Source of the DNA: Takakia lepidozioides | Lineage: Eukaryota; Plantae; Bryophyta | Reading direction: 5' to 3' | NCBI GenBank assembly: GCA_030704615.1 | Contig: CM060732.1 | Coordinates: 24,242,001 to 24,306,000 of the forward strand | DNA: 64,000 bases | Shown: positions 14,320-25,932 of the stretch, piece by piece | How positions within the stretch are numbered: the first letter of the stretch is position 1 | Layout of the letters: each line of letters begins with the position of its first letter | Position numbers and translations under genes: made by a program | Notes under the pieces: model-generated | Database searches by the model: none | What the model saw: only the letters and a program-made list of their open reading frames with translations | What the model was told of the DNA's origin: nothing

Positions 14320-17017
14320 TCCAATCGCTCCAAGAACTTCAGTCACGCTCTGTTAACGCAAGAAATGAAGTCGAAAGAGCAGTGGACTCTTGGGAGAGTT
14401 TCGTTTCCTCCGTGGCTGACAAGATCATTGTGAGGAAACTAATTGTCTGCGGTAGAGCAGTTAATTGGACTAATGAGATTAAACTCAAGATAGCTGAGAG
14501 ACGAGCCCTCTATAAAGAGTGCTGCAATTTGGAAACCAACAGAGAATTGTGGGCGAGGTACTACCAGCTCCGTAAAGATATCAATCAGCTTGTTAGGTCT
14601 CAGAAGAAATTATACTGGGACAAGTTATACAGTGAAATAAACTCAAACCACCATGGTGGTAATGACAAGAAATTCTGGTTGGCCCTTCAACGTTTGTACA
14701 AACCGAAAAACGGTCAGCAAGTACAAGCGCTGAAGACTACTAAAGGTGCAGTGGTGACTTCATCGGTTGACATTGTCAAAACCTTTGAAACTCACCACAG
14801 TATCCTTGGCAGAACTTCTAGGTCTAACAGTGAGGGGTCTTCTGCTGAATGGAGGGACACAGTTGGAAAAACTGTTCCTATGATTCAAAACAGCCCTGAT
14901 GAACTGTAGTATATTTCAATGGCTTATAATGCTCCCATTAGTTCTTATGAGATTGTGGAAGCAATTGAACATTTAAATGGATATAAAGCTGGTGGACCTG
15001 ATGGTATTGTCAACGAGCTTATCAAGCACGATGGCGATCCCATGATAGAGGCCCTAGTTCTCCTCTTTAACCTTATCTGGAAGACTGAAATGATCCCCTT
15101 TCGCTGGCGACAGGGGGTCATTGTCAATCTATACAAGAAGGGTGACAGAGAAGAACCGGGGAACTACCGTGGCATCACGCTCCTCAATGCTGTTCGCAAG
15201 ACATTCTGCAGAGTTATAAGTACTCGTCTCGAGGTTGATCTGGAGTCTAGAGGTTGTTTCCACGAAGGCCAAGCTGGCTTTCGGCGAAACAGGGGCTGTG
15301 TGGATCATATCTTCACTCTAAGCCAGATTATCCAGGGAAGGAAAAAAGAAGGGAAACCCACTTATGTCTTTTTCCTGGATGTCAAAATGGCTTATGACAC
15401 AGTGTGGAGAGATGGCCTATGGTTCCGCCTCTGGTCTTGTGGGATCAAGGGAAAGATGTGGAGAGTTGTCCACAACTTGTATGCTCACACCAAAAGCTGT
15501 GTCACTGTTAACGGACAGAAGTCCAACTTCTTTGACATAGACCAGTAGCTGAAGGATGTACTCTCTCCCCTCTGCTCTTCAATGTTTTCATCAATCAACT
15601 CCTCGAGGATGTGGAAAGTCAGGGATTTGGGTTAAGGGTGGGTGATACCACCATACCAGCCCTTATGTTTGCGGATGACTTCGCAGGCATAGGGGAGACT
15701 CCACCCAATCTCCAGGAGTTGATTGATTGCGCGAAGAGATACTTTGATCTTTGGGGGCTAGAGGCTAATGTCAGCAAATGTGCAGTGGTAGCATTCAACG
15801 ACAGAGGAGAGGGAGGAAGTGATCTTAAGTGGCAGTGGGGTAGCCAAGAGATCCCGGTCCTCCCTTCCTACACTTACCTGGGCGTTGAGTTCTCCTCCAA
15901 TTGTAATTGGGATGCACATATCTGGAAAGTTGTTCAAACTGGCAAGGGCAAAGCTCTGGGGCTCACTAAATTTTTCCACTGCAGAGGGGTCAACTCTGAG
16001 GTTAAGAAAACCATGCTTTGTCGCGTTATTAGACCTGCCTTGGAGTATGGATCTGCTATATGGGTTGATAACTCCAACCAGGCTAAGTCTCTAGAATCCA
16101 TTCAAGTGGGGGTGCTTAAGGAGTGTATGTCAGCATGCTCCAAAACAGCCAATGTGGCTGTTCGGGGTGAGTTTGGCATTCTGTCCTTAAGCTCCCGACG
16201 AGATGAATTCAAGGTCAGATGGTGGGGTCAGCTGCAACATATGCCCAACACCAGATATCCTAATTTAATCGACTCTATATCTTGGAAACAGGACCGCCCT
16301 GTCAAACAGGCTAAGTCCTGGCAGAAGAGAGTAGAAGAGATCCTCAAGGACCTGGACCTGGATCCGCAAGTCTTCACCCTGCTGGATAAATCTGACTTAG
16401 AGGCTGTAGTGTCCTCAGCCATGTCTGTTGCCATGAGATTGTCTGATGAAAATGAAGTTAGGCAGAAAACTTCCCTGAACTTGTTTCCAGTCTGTGACAT
16501 GGGGGAGGACATCTCGGATGACCTCAAGGGTCTACCCACTCTCGACACTAGACTGAAATTTAAACTCAGGGCAGGAAGCCTACCTTTGAACAGCAAACAG
16601 AAGCAGAGAGGAAAGGGAGAGTGCAATTGCCCGTTGTGTGGGCAATCTGAAGACAGTATTCATTTTCTGATACACTGTCTGGGGTTCTCTCACCAAAGAG
16701 ACGCTCTCTTCAAATCTATTAAGGGAATTGTGCCTGTACCTGTTTACCAACTTTGAAAGTCTCGAGGCTGAGCCAAAAGCCCAGGCCCTCCTGAGGCCTA
16801 GTTTTTGGGCAAATCACACACAGCAGATTGATGCTTGTGTGAAGGGATTTCTAGAGGATATCTGGAAAACCCGGATTAATTCTTTATATGGAGGTAAGTC
16901 TTACTACCAACGTCAGCCCCTGTCAGAGGTAGGTTCTCTCCCTTTTGTTCCCGCTCAAACTGGGCGCGGGGTCAATGGCCACAAGGCTACGGCAAACAAC
17001 GTCTTATGAGTACAATC
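14320..17017 (+). mobile_element. 5'-truncated non-LTR retrotransposon (LINE, RTE/RTEX-like); disrupted RT ORF with C-terminal Zn-finger
   Basis: NYRGITLLN, QAGFRRNRGCVDHIFTL, FLDVKMAYDTVWRDGLW, GCTLSPLLFNVFI, MFADD, YLGVEF, VAVRGEFG, CPLC..EDSIHFLIHC. In-frame stop at 14907-14909, frameshifts near 15545 and 16750. Embedded in CT-rich repeats (14276-14317, 17015-17100). No endonuclease domain visible. Confidence 0.93.
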
Positions 17018-17442
17018 TCTTCTCTTCTCCTCTCCCCTCTTCTCTCGTCTTTTCACTTTTACTTCTCTTCTCTCCTCTCCTCTCTTCTCTTCTCTTTTCT
17101 TCCCAGCACTGCAGCACAACAACCTCCTGCAAAGAGTAAGAAGCATCCCATCACAGCGTTGTTTAAACTTTTACTTTTTTTTTTTTTCTGATTAAGGTAA
17201 ATACATATCTCTCCAATATCATAAAACGTCTAGAAGCCGCGGAATCTGGGCCGTCAGCACCCGAACGATCGAGATTAAAGTGGAGAGATGAGCATCCGTC
17301 CCGTCGACGGATGAACGGACAAAATTGAGCGGTTAGAAGAAGAATCTGGACCGACCGTTTCTACCTGACGGTCCCGATTCGAGACAGAAGTCGCATCGTG
17401 TCCGTCAAAAAATGGACGACAGGATGGAAGGGTAGGGTGAAA

Positions 17443-17485
17443 GATAAGGACGAATGAGAGGCCGGACGAAATCGCGGGCTTATCC
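17443..17485. promoter_or_regulatory. Two I-box-like GATAAG motifs upstream of psbO
   Basis: GATAAG at 17443-17448 and CTTATCC at 17479-17485, about 110-150 bp before the ATG of a photosynthesis gene. Short motifs that could occur by chance. Confidence 0.35.
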
Positions 17486-17591
17486 AGATCCTGGCCACCG
17501 GATTGCGGATCACGGGCGCGGGTGACCCGCGGTAAAGGGCAAGGAGAAAGCCTGGACGCTGCTACTCGCTGCACATCGCACGCTGCAGGCT

Positions 17592-19034
17592 ATGGCGTCC
17601 CTCACCGCAAGCACCGCTCTCAAGGCCTCCTGCTCCCGTCTGCTGCTCGACAGAGGCCTGGACTCGCAGCTCAAGCCGGCATCCACAGCCTCAGCATTCG
17701 GTCTGAAGCCCGTTACCGCCAAGGTTTCGTGCTCCTTGGATGAGAATGTGAGGGGGTTTGTGAGCAAGTGCGCTGATGTGGGCAAGGCTGCCGCCATTGC
17801 CCTCGCCAGCTCTGCTCTCGTTGCCTCCGTGAGTTCTCTTCCTTCTGTCATTTCCCCGTTGTGAGTTCCAATTTTTCGTCTCTGCTGCTGTTGCTGTTCG
17901 TGTCAGGCTGTTGGATTGGTTGTTCCTGTGTCTATATATTTGTGGTTTTTATTTTCTCGATTTGGTGGTGTTGGGGCGTCTGTGATGCCAGTGATACAGG
18001 TCTTCGTAAGCCCATCTCTGTTATCATCCCTGCACAATGTTTGCTTTGTCGTGTTTTCAGTTTTTGAACCACTGGTTCTTTCCTGTCAATGTGATGCAGT
18101 ATTAGTGCTCTTGAGCTTATTTTGTGTCACTTCAAATCTTATCCAGTTATACACCGTCGTGGTGATTCTTGTAGCATCGCGGAACCCGTGTCATTAACTG
18201 TTTACATTTGCCATGGCGGCATTCAACTTGCAAGGTCCATCATGCAATCTAATAGCCTTTGTCGGTTCTGAATTGCAGGCTGCCAGTGCAGAGGGAACCC
18301 CGAAGAGGCTCACATTTGACGAAATCAACTCTCAAACATACTTGGAAGTGAAAGGCTCTGGAACTGCAAACCAGTGCCCGGTGATCTCATCCGGTGACGA
18401 CACATTCAAGTTCAAGTCCGGCAACTATACCCTCAAGAAGCTTTGCCTTGAGCCCACCTCCTTCACTGTGAAGGCCGAGTCTCCTTTCAAGGGTGGCGGT
18501 GATGGGTTCCAGAACACCAAGTTAATGACACGTCTGACTTACACTCTTGATGAAATTGAGGGACCCTTCACAGTTGGCTCGGATGGGTCTGTCAAGTTCG
18601 AGGAAAAGGATGGGATCGACTATGCCGCTGTCACTGTGCAACTCCCAGGAGGTGAACGGGTTCCCTTCCTGTTCACAGTGAAGCAACTAGTGGCAACCGG
18701 CAAGCCAGAAGCTTTCACTGGCAAGTACTCTGTGCCATCATACCGGGGTTCGTCCTTCTTGGACCCAAAGGGCAGGGGTGGATCTACCGGTTATGATAAT
18801 GCTGTAGCTCTGCCTGCTGGAGGTCGGGGAGACGAGGAGGAGCTGGCGAAGGAGAACCAGAAAAACACAGCAGCTCTGGAGGGTGAAATCACTCTCAGTG
18901 TTGCGAAGAGCAATCCTGAGACTGGCGAGATTGCAGGAGTGTTCGAAAGCTTGCAGCCTTCCGACACCGATTTAGGGTCTAAGGCCCCCAAGGAGGTTAA
19001 GATCTTGGGCATTTGGTATGCCCAGCTTGAATGA
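17592..19034 (+). CDS. psbO: Photosystem II oxygen-evolving enhancer protein 1 (33 kDa, OEE1), nuclear-encoded precursor; 2 exons
   Basis: Exon 1 17592-17828 (bipartite transit peptide, TCC|GTGAG); exon 2 18279-19034 (CAG|[89 protein letters not shown]); 330 aa. Confidence 0.98.
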
Positions 19035-19591
19035 GATCTAACTTTGTAGTTCTACAGTGGACTTCTGGCTGGGAAACAGGCCTCCTTGTTCTTTTTGCTA
19101 TTCAAAACTGTTTCTGCCTCCATGTCTGATTTGTATAGTGGTCAGGTGGAAATATAGGGTATATAGTGTTTCAGTATGGCATGCAGAGCATTTGTTATTG
19201 AAGATTAACTGACTTTTTTGTTTGCTCCTACCCTTCTGTATGGTTGAATGGCACTGCTAATGAATCCCTTCCTTCATTTCTTGGTGTGTGGGATCCAAGT
19301 TTCAGTGCTGACTGTCAAGCCAATTGGGTGAGAGAAGATGTGACGGTCAGATGTGTACCATATCATCTGGCCCATCAAAATCTTTCTGGAATTGTTCCTT
19401 TTCCATATGCTAATGTGGATTAGTGCCCTGGGGAAGCTAGATGTATCTGGCGTGGCACAGATAGTACCAGGTATCAATTTACATAAGAAGTGCAAAAAAT
19501 GAAGGCCTTGTCAACCAAATAATACACACTGCTCTTGTGCATCATGTATGCCTCTTCATCATAGTAGTCTCTCTATACAGTCTCTCTATAG

Positions 19592-19637
19592 TGTCAATGG
19601 CCACAAGGCTACGGCAAACAATGTCTTATGTGTACAA
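19592..19637 (+). mobile_element. Very short (~45 bp) LINE 3'-end copy
   Basis: GTCAATGGCCACAAGGCTACGGCAAACAATGTCTTATGTGTACAA; TCTCTATACAGT repeated at 19570-19581 and 19638-19649. Confidence 0.8.
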
Positions 19638-20229
19638 TCTCTATACAGTTGAAGTATTGTGCCATCTATGGTACCTTTTTAGGCCAAGTGACCTTGCTCT
19701 ATATTGGAAGTCAGTTTCCTGGGAAGAAAGCTCCATGGAACCATTATCTCAGTAGCTTATTACTTAACAAGGCCTCATGCTAACTACTTTCAGAATCCTC
19801 ATCCATGATGATGTACCGGGATATTAATGAAGCCGTCACAAAAAAGTAGGCGTTTTGCAGTTTGGCTGTTCAATTCACTTGGGCAGTTTCAATGTTTGGC
19901 TTTAAACCTAGGTAACTGGATTGCAGACAAGTTCCTGCCATTTCAAGCAAATAAAATTTTCCATGACTCAAATCACTACTGTCACTTGAATGTTGTTCCT
20001 GATCAGGAAGTGAAATTCTTGCTCGAGCACTGCATGACGAGTTACTTTTACTTCTACTTTGAAGTTACATGGTACATTTCATGCATCTTATCCACCAAAC
20101 GTCATGTCAGTTGGCATTGGAGACAACTATTTGCAACAATATGCAGATGAAATCGGTGGTAGCACTACACTGAAATTGCACCCAACATCTTGTCTATCTG
20201 CGCTGTTGTCCCAACCGCTAGCCACTACA

Positions 20230-22041
20230 TTAATGCTTCATAGCAGCGCATTGAAGTTGGAGCGCCTGTGTCTCCCACTTCAGGAGGCAATTTGCCGCCC
20301 GTTCTGCTAACTTCAAATCTCCATGAAGTCTACAGCCACCAAGCAAGGCCCCCCACACCCCAGCATCTGCTTCAACCGGCATTTTCAGAATGAAATCCTC
20401 TGCCTCCTTCAATCTCCCTGAACGACCAAGAAGGTCCACCATGCAGCAAAAATGCTCTGATGTAGGAGTAAGGCCATCACCTTGGATCATGGAATCAAAG
20501 TAGTGACAGCCTTCTTCCACTAGACCAACATGGCTACAAACAGAGAGAATAGATATGTAGGTGACACTGTTTGGGTGCAAGCCTTCCTGTTGCATTTGTT
20601 CGAATAGTTGCAGGGCTTCCCTACCACATCCATGCTGAGCATATCCTGTGATCAGCGCACTCCATGATACCACATTTCGTTTAGGCATATTGTCAAAGAC
20701 TTGATGAGCATCTATCATGCTCCCGCATTTGGCATACATGTCAACAAGTGCAGTCTCCAAATTAATACATAACACAATTCCAGCTTTGCTGATCTGAGCA
20801 TGCACCTCTTTGCCCTGTTCCAGGGCTCCTAGGCTGGCACACGCTTGAAGAATGCAGATAAATGTAACCCTGTTTGGTGTCACCCCTTCCCGTTGCATTT
20901 GCCCATATATCTCTGAAGCCTCCCTGGCACACTCCTGCTGAGCATATCCTGCAATCATGGCATTCCATGCGACAGCATCTCGTTCAGCCATATTGTCGAA
21001 CACCTGTCGTGCCTCCTTCATGCTCCCACATTTGGCATACATGTCAGCAAGGGCAGTCTCCAGAATGATATCTGGCACAATTGCAGTTTTAATGATGTCT
21101 GAATGTATCTCCCTGCCCTTCTGCAGGGCTCCTAGGCTCGCACACGCTTGGAGAACACAAACGAAGGTGATGCTGTTGGCGATCACCCCTTCCTTTTGCA
21201 TTTGCTCATAGATTTCAAAAGCTTCCCTACCACACCCTTGCTGAGCGTATCCTGCAATCATCGCACTCCACGATACCACATTTCGTTTAGCCATATTGTC
21301 CAGCACTTGACGAGCATCCTTGATGCTCCCGCACTTGGCATACATGTCAACAAGGGTATTCTCCAAATTTATGTACGATGCAATTCCACCTTTGAGGATG
21401 TCAGCATGGACCTCTCTGCCTTTGTCGAGAGCTCCTACACTAGCACACGCATTCAGAACGCAAAGAAATGTGACCATGTTGGGCATCACCCCTTCCCATC
21501 GCATTTGTTCATACATCTTGAGAGCCTCACCACCCCACCCACGCTTGGCATATCCTGTGATCATTATAGTCCACGTGAAAACATCTCGTTCAGGTATTTT
21601 GTCAAACACTTGGCGAGCATCCACAAGGCTCCCGCACTTAGCATACATGTTCACAAGGGTGTTGAGGAGAAAGCTGTTTGGCTTGAATCCACTTTGAATG
21701 ATGTGGGCGTGTACCTGCTTTCCCTCTGCTAGGCCTTTCATGTTGATGCACTGCTGTAAGAGAAGGAGATATGTGTTGGAGTCCGCATGAATGCATTTGC
21801 AGTTCAACATGTGCAGTGCTTCTCTCAGTCGTCCTGCCTTACATAGTGTCCTCACGTCTCCACAAGCGATAGAAGATCTCTTGTTGACTCCCTGTCTTGG
21901 TTCTCTTTCAAAAGGAGTGGTGATGGAGGAGGTGCTGCCCGTACCATCAGTCTCATTTAAGAGAAAGAACTGTGCTTGATTCAACCCTGCCATCCTGAAT
22001 ACCACAATAGTCTTAGTTACAACCTTCACCCCCACACTCAT
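20230..22041 (-). CDS. Intronless PLS-class PPR protein with E1 motif, truncated before E2/DYW
   Basis: 603-aa ORF with about four P-L-S triplets (NTLVxMYAKCGS, VVSWxAMIAGYAQ, VTFxCxLxACA), HFCCMVDLLGRSG, VWGALLGGCRLHG; ends in frameshifted sequence. Confidence 0.93.
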   Translation of the reverse strand: MSVGVKVVTKTIVVFRMAGLNQAQFFLLNETDGTGSTSSITTPFEREPRQGVNKRSSIACGDVRTLCKAGRLREALHMLNCKCIHADSNTYLLLLQQCINMKGLAEGKQVHAHIIQSGFKPNSFLLNTLVNMYAKCGSLVDARQVFDKIPERDVFTWTIMITGYAKRGWGGEALKMYEQMRWEGVMPNMVTFLCVLNACASVGALDKGREVHADILKGGIASYINLENTLVDMYAKCGSIKDARQVLDNMAKRNVVSWSAMIAGYAQQGCGREAFEIYEQMQKEGVIANSITFVCVLQACASLGALQKGREIHSDIIKTAIVPDIILETALADMYAKCGSMKEARQVFDNMAERDAVAWNAMIAGYAQQECAREASEIYGQMQREGVTPNRVTFICILQACASLGALEQGKEVHAQISKAGIVLCINLETALVDMYAKCGSMIDAHQVFDNMPKRNVVSWSALITGYAQHGCGREALQLFEQMQQEGLHPNSVTYISILSVCSHVGLVEEGCHYFDSMIQGDGLTPTSEHFCCMVDLLGRSGRLKEAEDFILKMPVEADAGVWGALLGGCRLHGDLKLAERAANCLLKWETQALQLQCAAMKH

Positions 22042-24175
22042 ATCAATACCTCAATGCTCCTAGGTACTTCAAATCAAGGGTCCTTCATGTGGGCAGGCTC
22101 CTTGTACTCATTTACTTTGAGAGGCAGAAAACAATACCTAATGGATTCCCTGTCCGGAGCTCCATAGTGGATATCAAGATTAAAACCATCAACGAAGTGT
22201 GCTCGACCTTCTATCACGGCAGCTAGCTCTGCTTTCATCAAAGGACTGTTCATCCCACACACAATCCGAAGGAGTTCCTTTGAACGCTCGTGTGAGCAGT
22301 CTGGTGATCTTCGGTTCCTCTGTGAAAGCGATGAGAGGCTAGCTAAGCAGATAAGTTTCAACCACAGCCTCGCATAAGACTAGGCTACAAAAACCAGATC
22401 CAACAAGCATCACTTCAAAGAACAATCCACAAGTTTTGAACACACCAACGTCAATGCCACTATGGACATAAGATTGACGTAGTGAACAACTCAAATCACA
22501 ATGGCAGACCTGACACACAGATTCTTAAGTGGCACTAGTAGGAACTCAAAATAACTGGGTAGGAAAGAGAGATAGACCACCTTATTAGATATGTTATCCG
22601 GCCATTGCAAAAAATATGCCATGAGCTTCTGCCAAAGCCATTCTATGCTGAATCCTTGGCCTGCATGCATTAGCAGATCCTACTTGGCTGAGTCTCATTG
22701 TGGATAGGCTCTCCACTAAATTCCCTCTCTGTCTCCCCCCTCACACACCCACAAACGAACACAGACTCGCAGTACATTCAGTCTCAGATTGGGGAATCGG
22801 GCAATAGTGCTGGAATTTCTAGCATGACATATAACAGCCCTTACCCCTTTAAGGGTCTTGTGTGAATCATGCACAGGCTCTAAGTTATGTTATTTTGGGG
22901 CTCAGGCTCCATACCTTGGCTGGTAATTGGCTCCGGGAGGATTGCTATCCATGAGAGACCATGCCATCAAGGGATGCCACAGCTTCGTCCACATGGAACA
23001 GTCAAATGCCCTTCAAACTATCCATATAGTGTGACTGCCAATTGTGGCTATGCACTGCCCCAGACAGTCCACAGCAATGTGTGGCACATCTTACATGACT
23101 AGTATCATACATAAAGGAGTGACCTCAATATGCTTGCAGCCCTGTCATAAGTCTCAACCCAAGAGAAAACATGGCGGGTATTTCCTGAGACAGGACATTT
23201 CAGAGCGACCATTGGTCACAAGCAAGCCACACTCATAAGTACCTCCCTCTGTATCTTGAAACCAGGGGAAAGAAATCGATAGGTAAGTTTTCCTTCAAAG
23301 TGAGCTTATGCCACCCACATGCCGGTAGTTTCTGCTGGCATGGGTCTAGACAGTGTGGAGCCGGGATCTTCGACGCACACAAGCAAAAAGAACACGCCAA
23401 GGATCGGTTGAAAATACCTTTATTCGGCTTCCCTGGAGGCTGAGGAGCCATAGCCTGATCTTGAAACGACCTCCGCCTCAGTATTGCCAAGATGGATGTC
23501 CATTTCAGCTCCATAGCTATGCCTGCTGGTCTGCTGCATGATAACAGGCTCCCCACCCTTTCACTGCAAAGACAGGAAAGGGCCTTGAGTATGCCCTCTC
23601 CCTGCAAGCGCAGTAGAGGGGCGCAGCATCCTGGCATCCCTGTAAGACCTTATGGGTGTTTCTCTGCACAACCTACGTTGTGCAAAACCCTCCTCTAATT
23701 TCCATGTCCGTTACCCAAGCCTTTCCTCCCATTAGGGCAAGAGAAGTGTCGCTTTGTGCTGTAATCGGGCTTCCGCCTGTGCATCACTCCTACTCCGTGA
23801 ATGTGATATCTTCACGAAGTGATGATGGTACACCAGATGAAGAAGATGTCGTGGAGTTATACGCAATTCAACAGAGGAGGAGAGGGACCACACTTTTATA
23901 ATGAACTGATGTGCCCAAGTTTTCTGGATCTGTATGATGGTGATGCAATCGACGTCTCTGACCGAGAATCTGTCTCTTGGAGGAGACCCATTGATCATCA
24001 GCCATTGCAAAGTCAGTGACCGAAGAGGGTGACTGTCTTCTTGTAAGATACCTCTTTCTTCAACCACGAATTGAGAACTCAGGGAGGGCCTATTCATTAT
24101 AGGTGGTAAGCTTCGTTGGGGTAGACCATGCGGAGTTAGTCACTTCCTGGAATGAGAAGCTGCCTGCAATAGAAT

Positions 24176-24296
24176 GTACTCATAAGACGTTGTTTGCCGT
24201 AGCCTTGTGGCCATTCACCCCGCGCCCAGCTTGAGCGGAACACAAAGAGACAGGAACTACCTTTGTCAGGGGCTTACGCCGGTAGTAGGACCCTGT
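24176..24296 (-). mobile_element. LINE 3'-end copy (reverse orientation) with long TSD
   Basis: Reverse complement matches the LINE 3' end; flanked by AATG(A/G)GAAGCTGCCTGCAATAGAAT at 24151-24175 and 24297-24321. Confidence 0.9.
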
Positions 24297-24639
24297 AATG
24301 GGAAGCTGCCTGCAATAGAATCTTGACTGAGAGGAGTGCTTACAACTTATCTTTCGTTTCCGGACAGATACAACCCTGGAGGAAAGAAATAAGGTAAATC
24401 AATTGGAGACCCTCCCCAGCTCTTGAGGCCCAATAAGATAGAATGTCAATTGCATCAAGTCGCCAGGATTCCCAGGATTTTCTTCATGCACATTGATTCT
24501 GGTTCAAAAATCATATTTAATTTATGATCATCACAATGCATTGACTGTTGCATTCAATCACACAACCAAGTGCTTTTAGGCTCTGTAAAATCTTTGCAGA
24601 AGAAAAAAGATTTAAGTTTCTGCCTTTTCGTGCATATAT

Positions 24640-24935
24640 CTCAAGTTGTTTCATGAACTTGGCAAGCTCCATCTTGGAAGTGGTGATAGTGGTTGCCATC
24701 CCGCTCAACAACAACTCTCCCACAATCGCGGAGATGAAGTTGGTGGCGGTGTTGGTCGGCCTTGATTTCCTCTATTTGTGAATGCAGTGAAGGAATGCAC
24801 CGGCTAGCAACCTCAATGCCGCTCTGCCCAGCCTCCCTTATGACAACGTCCCCTATCGTTCTTCTTATCGTAGCTCCACCTGCAGCCGCAGCAGAGATTT
24901 TCGACAGAAGAACATATCCTGCAACACTGTCTTGT
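24640..24935 (-). pseudogene. Decayed PPR E2/E+/DYW fragment
   Basis: Across frameshifts: QDSVAGYVLLSKISAAA..RW, REAGQSGIEV, HSQIEEIKA, TATNFISAIVG, RVVVERDGNHYHHFQDGAC. Colinear with the DYW gene at 1-525 but lacks the HSEKLA and CGDC segments. Confidence 0.85.
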
Positions 24936-24993
24936 GTATAATTTTTTTGCTTGAAATTGTTTTAAGAATCTTCTTTTTCTTTTCTTTTTAAAG

Positions 24994-25932
24994 GAAACCT
25001 GGGAGCGACTGCTCACAATTCAGGCCCTTGAGGAGGGGGAAAAATTAACCCCCTTTCAGATAAGCCATTAGGCACACAGGTGGAAACCAGTGTTGGGCGG
25101 TTACCCGCCGGGACCCAGGTTAACCGCCGGTTCAGGTTCAGGTTGACCGGAACCGGGCCCATTCCTACATAACCTGACCCGGAACCAGAACCTGCCAATG
25201 GGGATCGGCGCAGAACCGAACCAGCGGTTCTGGGTGTGAGAACAGGAGAACTGGGCGAGGGGGGATAAAAACGGTGCTTGACCCCTTGGTGGGGCTGGTG
25301 GGCCCAGGGCAAAACTTATTTAATGCTCTCAAGCTCCTGAGATCCTGGGTTCAATGCTTGAAGGCCATAAGATTCTATGTTCAATGCTTCAGCGCCATGA
25401 GATCTTGGGTTCAATCTCCAGCTCCATGATATCCTGGCTAAGTTCATTAATAAAATGTTTGAAGATGCCAATACTTGCCAGGTGTATTTTTGTTTGTTTT
25501 TTTGTGTTAGTGAAAACTAACAAAATCGTTGGATTTTAGTTCAAATATGTGAATACACTATTATTTAATCTACCAGACTGATAAAATATTTTAAATCTAA
25601 TTAAATTAAACAAATATATTTTTAAAATAGAACCGGAACCTAACCGGGAACTGATGGTTTTTATCAGCAACTAACCGGTAACCGGAACCGCCCCCATGTT
25701 TAAAAGTTGGATCCGGAACCGGACCGGAACCGGCTCCAAAAAAAATAACCGGAACCGGATCCGGAACCGTCTCTTGAAATAATTGTGGAACCGAAACTGA
25801 AGGTTCCTTCACAAATGCAAGAACCGCCCAACACTGGTGGAAACGTCACCACCAGACCAACCGGTCACAAACAATCCACACTACCAAGGAGGGCAGCGGG
25901 TTTGAACCCCGAACCACCAGGCCGACACGATG
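24994..25932 (-). mobile_element. Possible tRNA-derived SINE-like element, split by the hAT MITE
   Basis: Minus strand shows a B-box-like GGGGTTCAAACCCC (~25897-25910) and an A-rich tail (~24965-24990); similar T-rich tracts flank both sides. No properly spaced A box. Confidence 0.4.
25088..25836. mobile_element. Non-autonomous hAT element (MITE)
   Basis: 15-bp perfect TIR CAGTGTTGGGCGGTT / AACCGCCCAACACTG; 8-bp TSD GTGGAAAC (25080-25087, 25837-25844); clustered subterminal GGAACCG/AACCGG motifs; AT-rich core. Confidence 0.95.

Noticed and set aside
18213-18278. ORF-track start MAAFNLQ for PsbO
   Set aside because: This is intron sequence; the real N-terminus is exon 1 at 17592, spliced to 18279.
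34-22000. Numerous antisense and alternate-frame ORFs over PPR, TWD40-2, LINE and psbO
   Set aside because: Shadow ORFs of real coding sequence, with no independent features.
22880-24100. Several short ORFs upstream of the second PPR gene
   Set aside because: No recognisable motif or consistent exon chain; could be a decayed gene or TE, but I cannot support a call.
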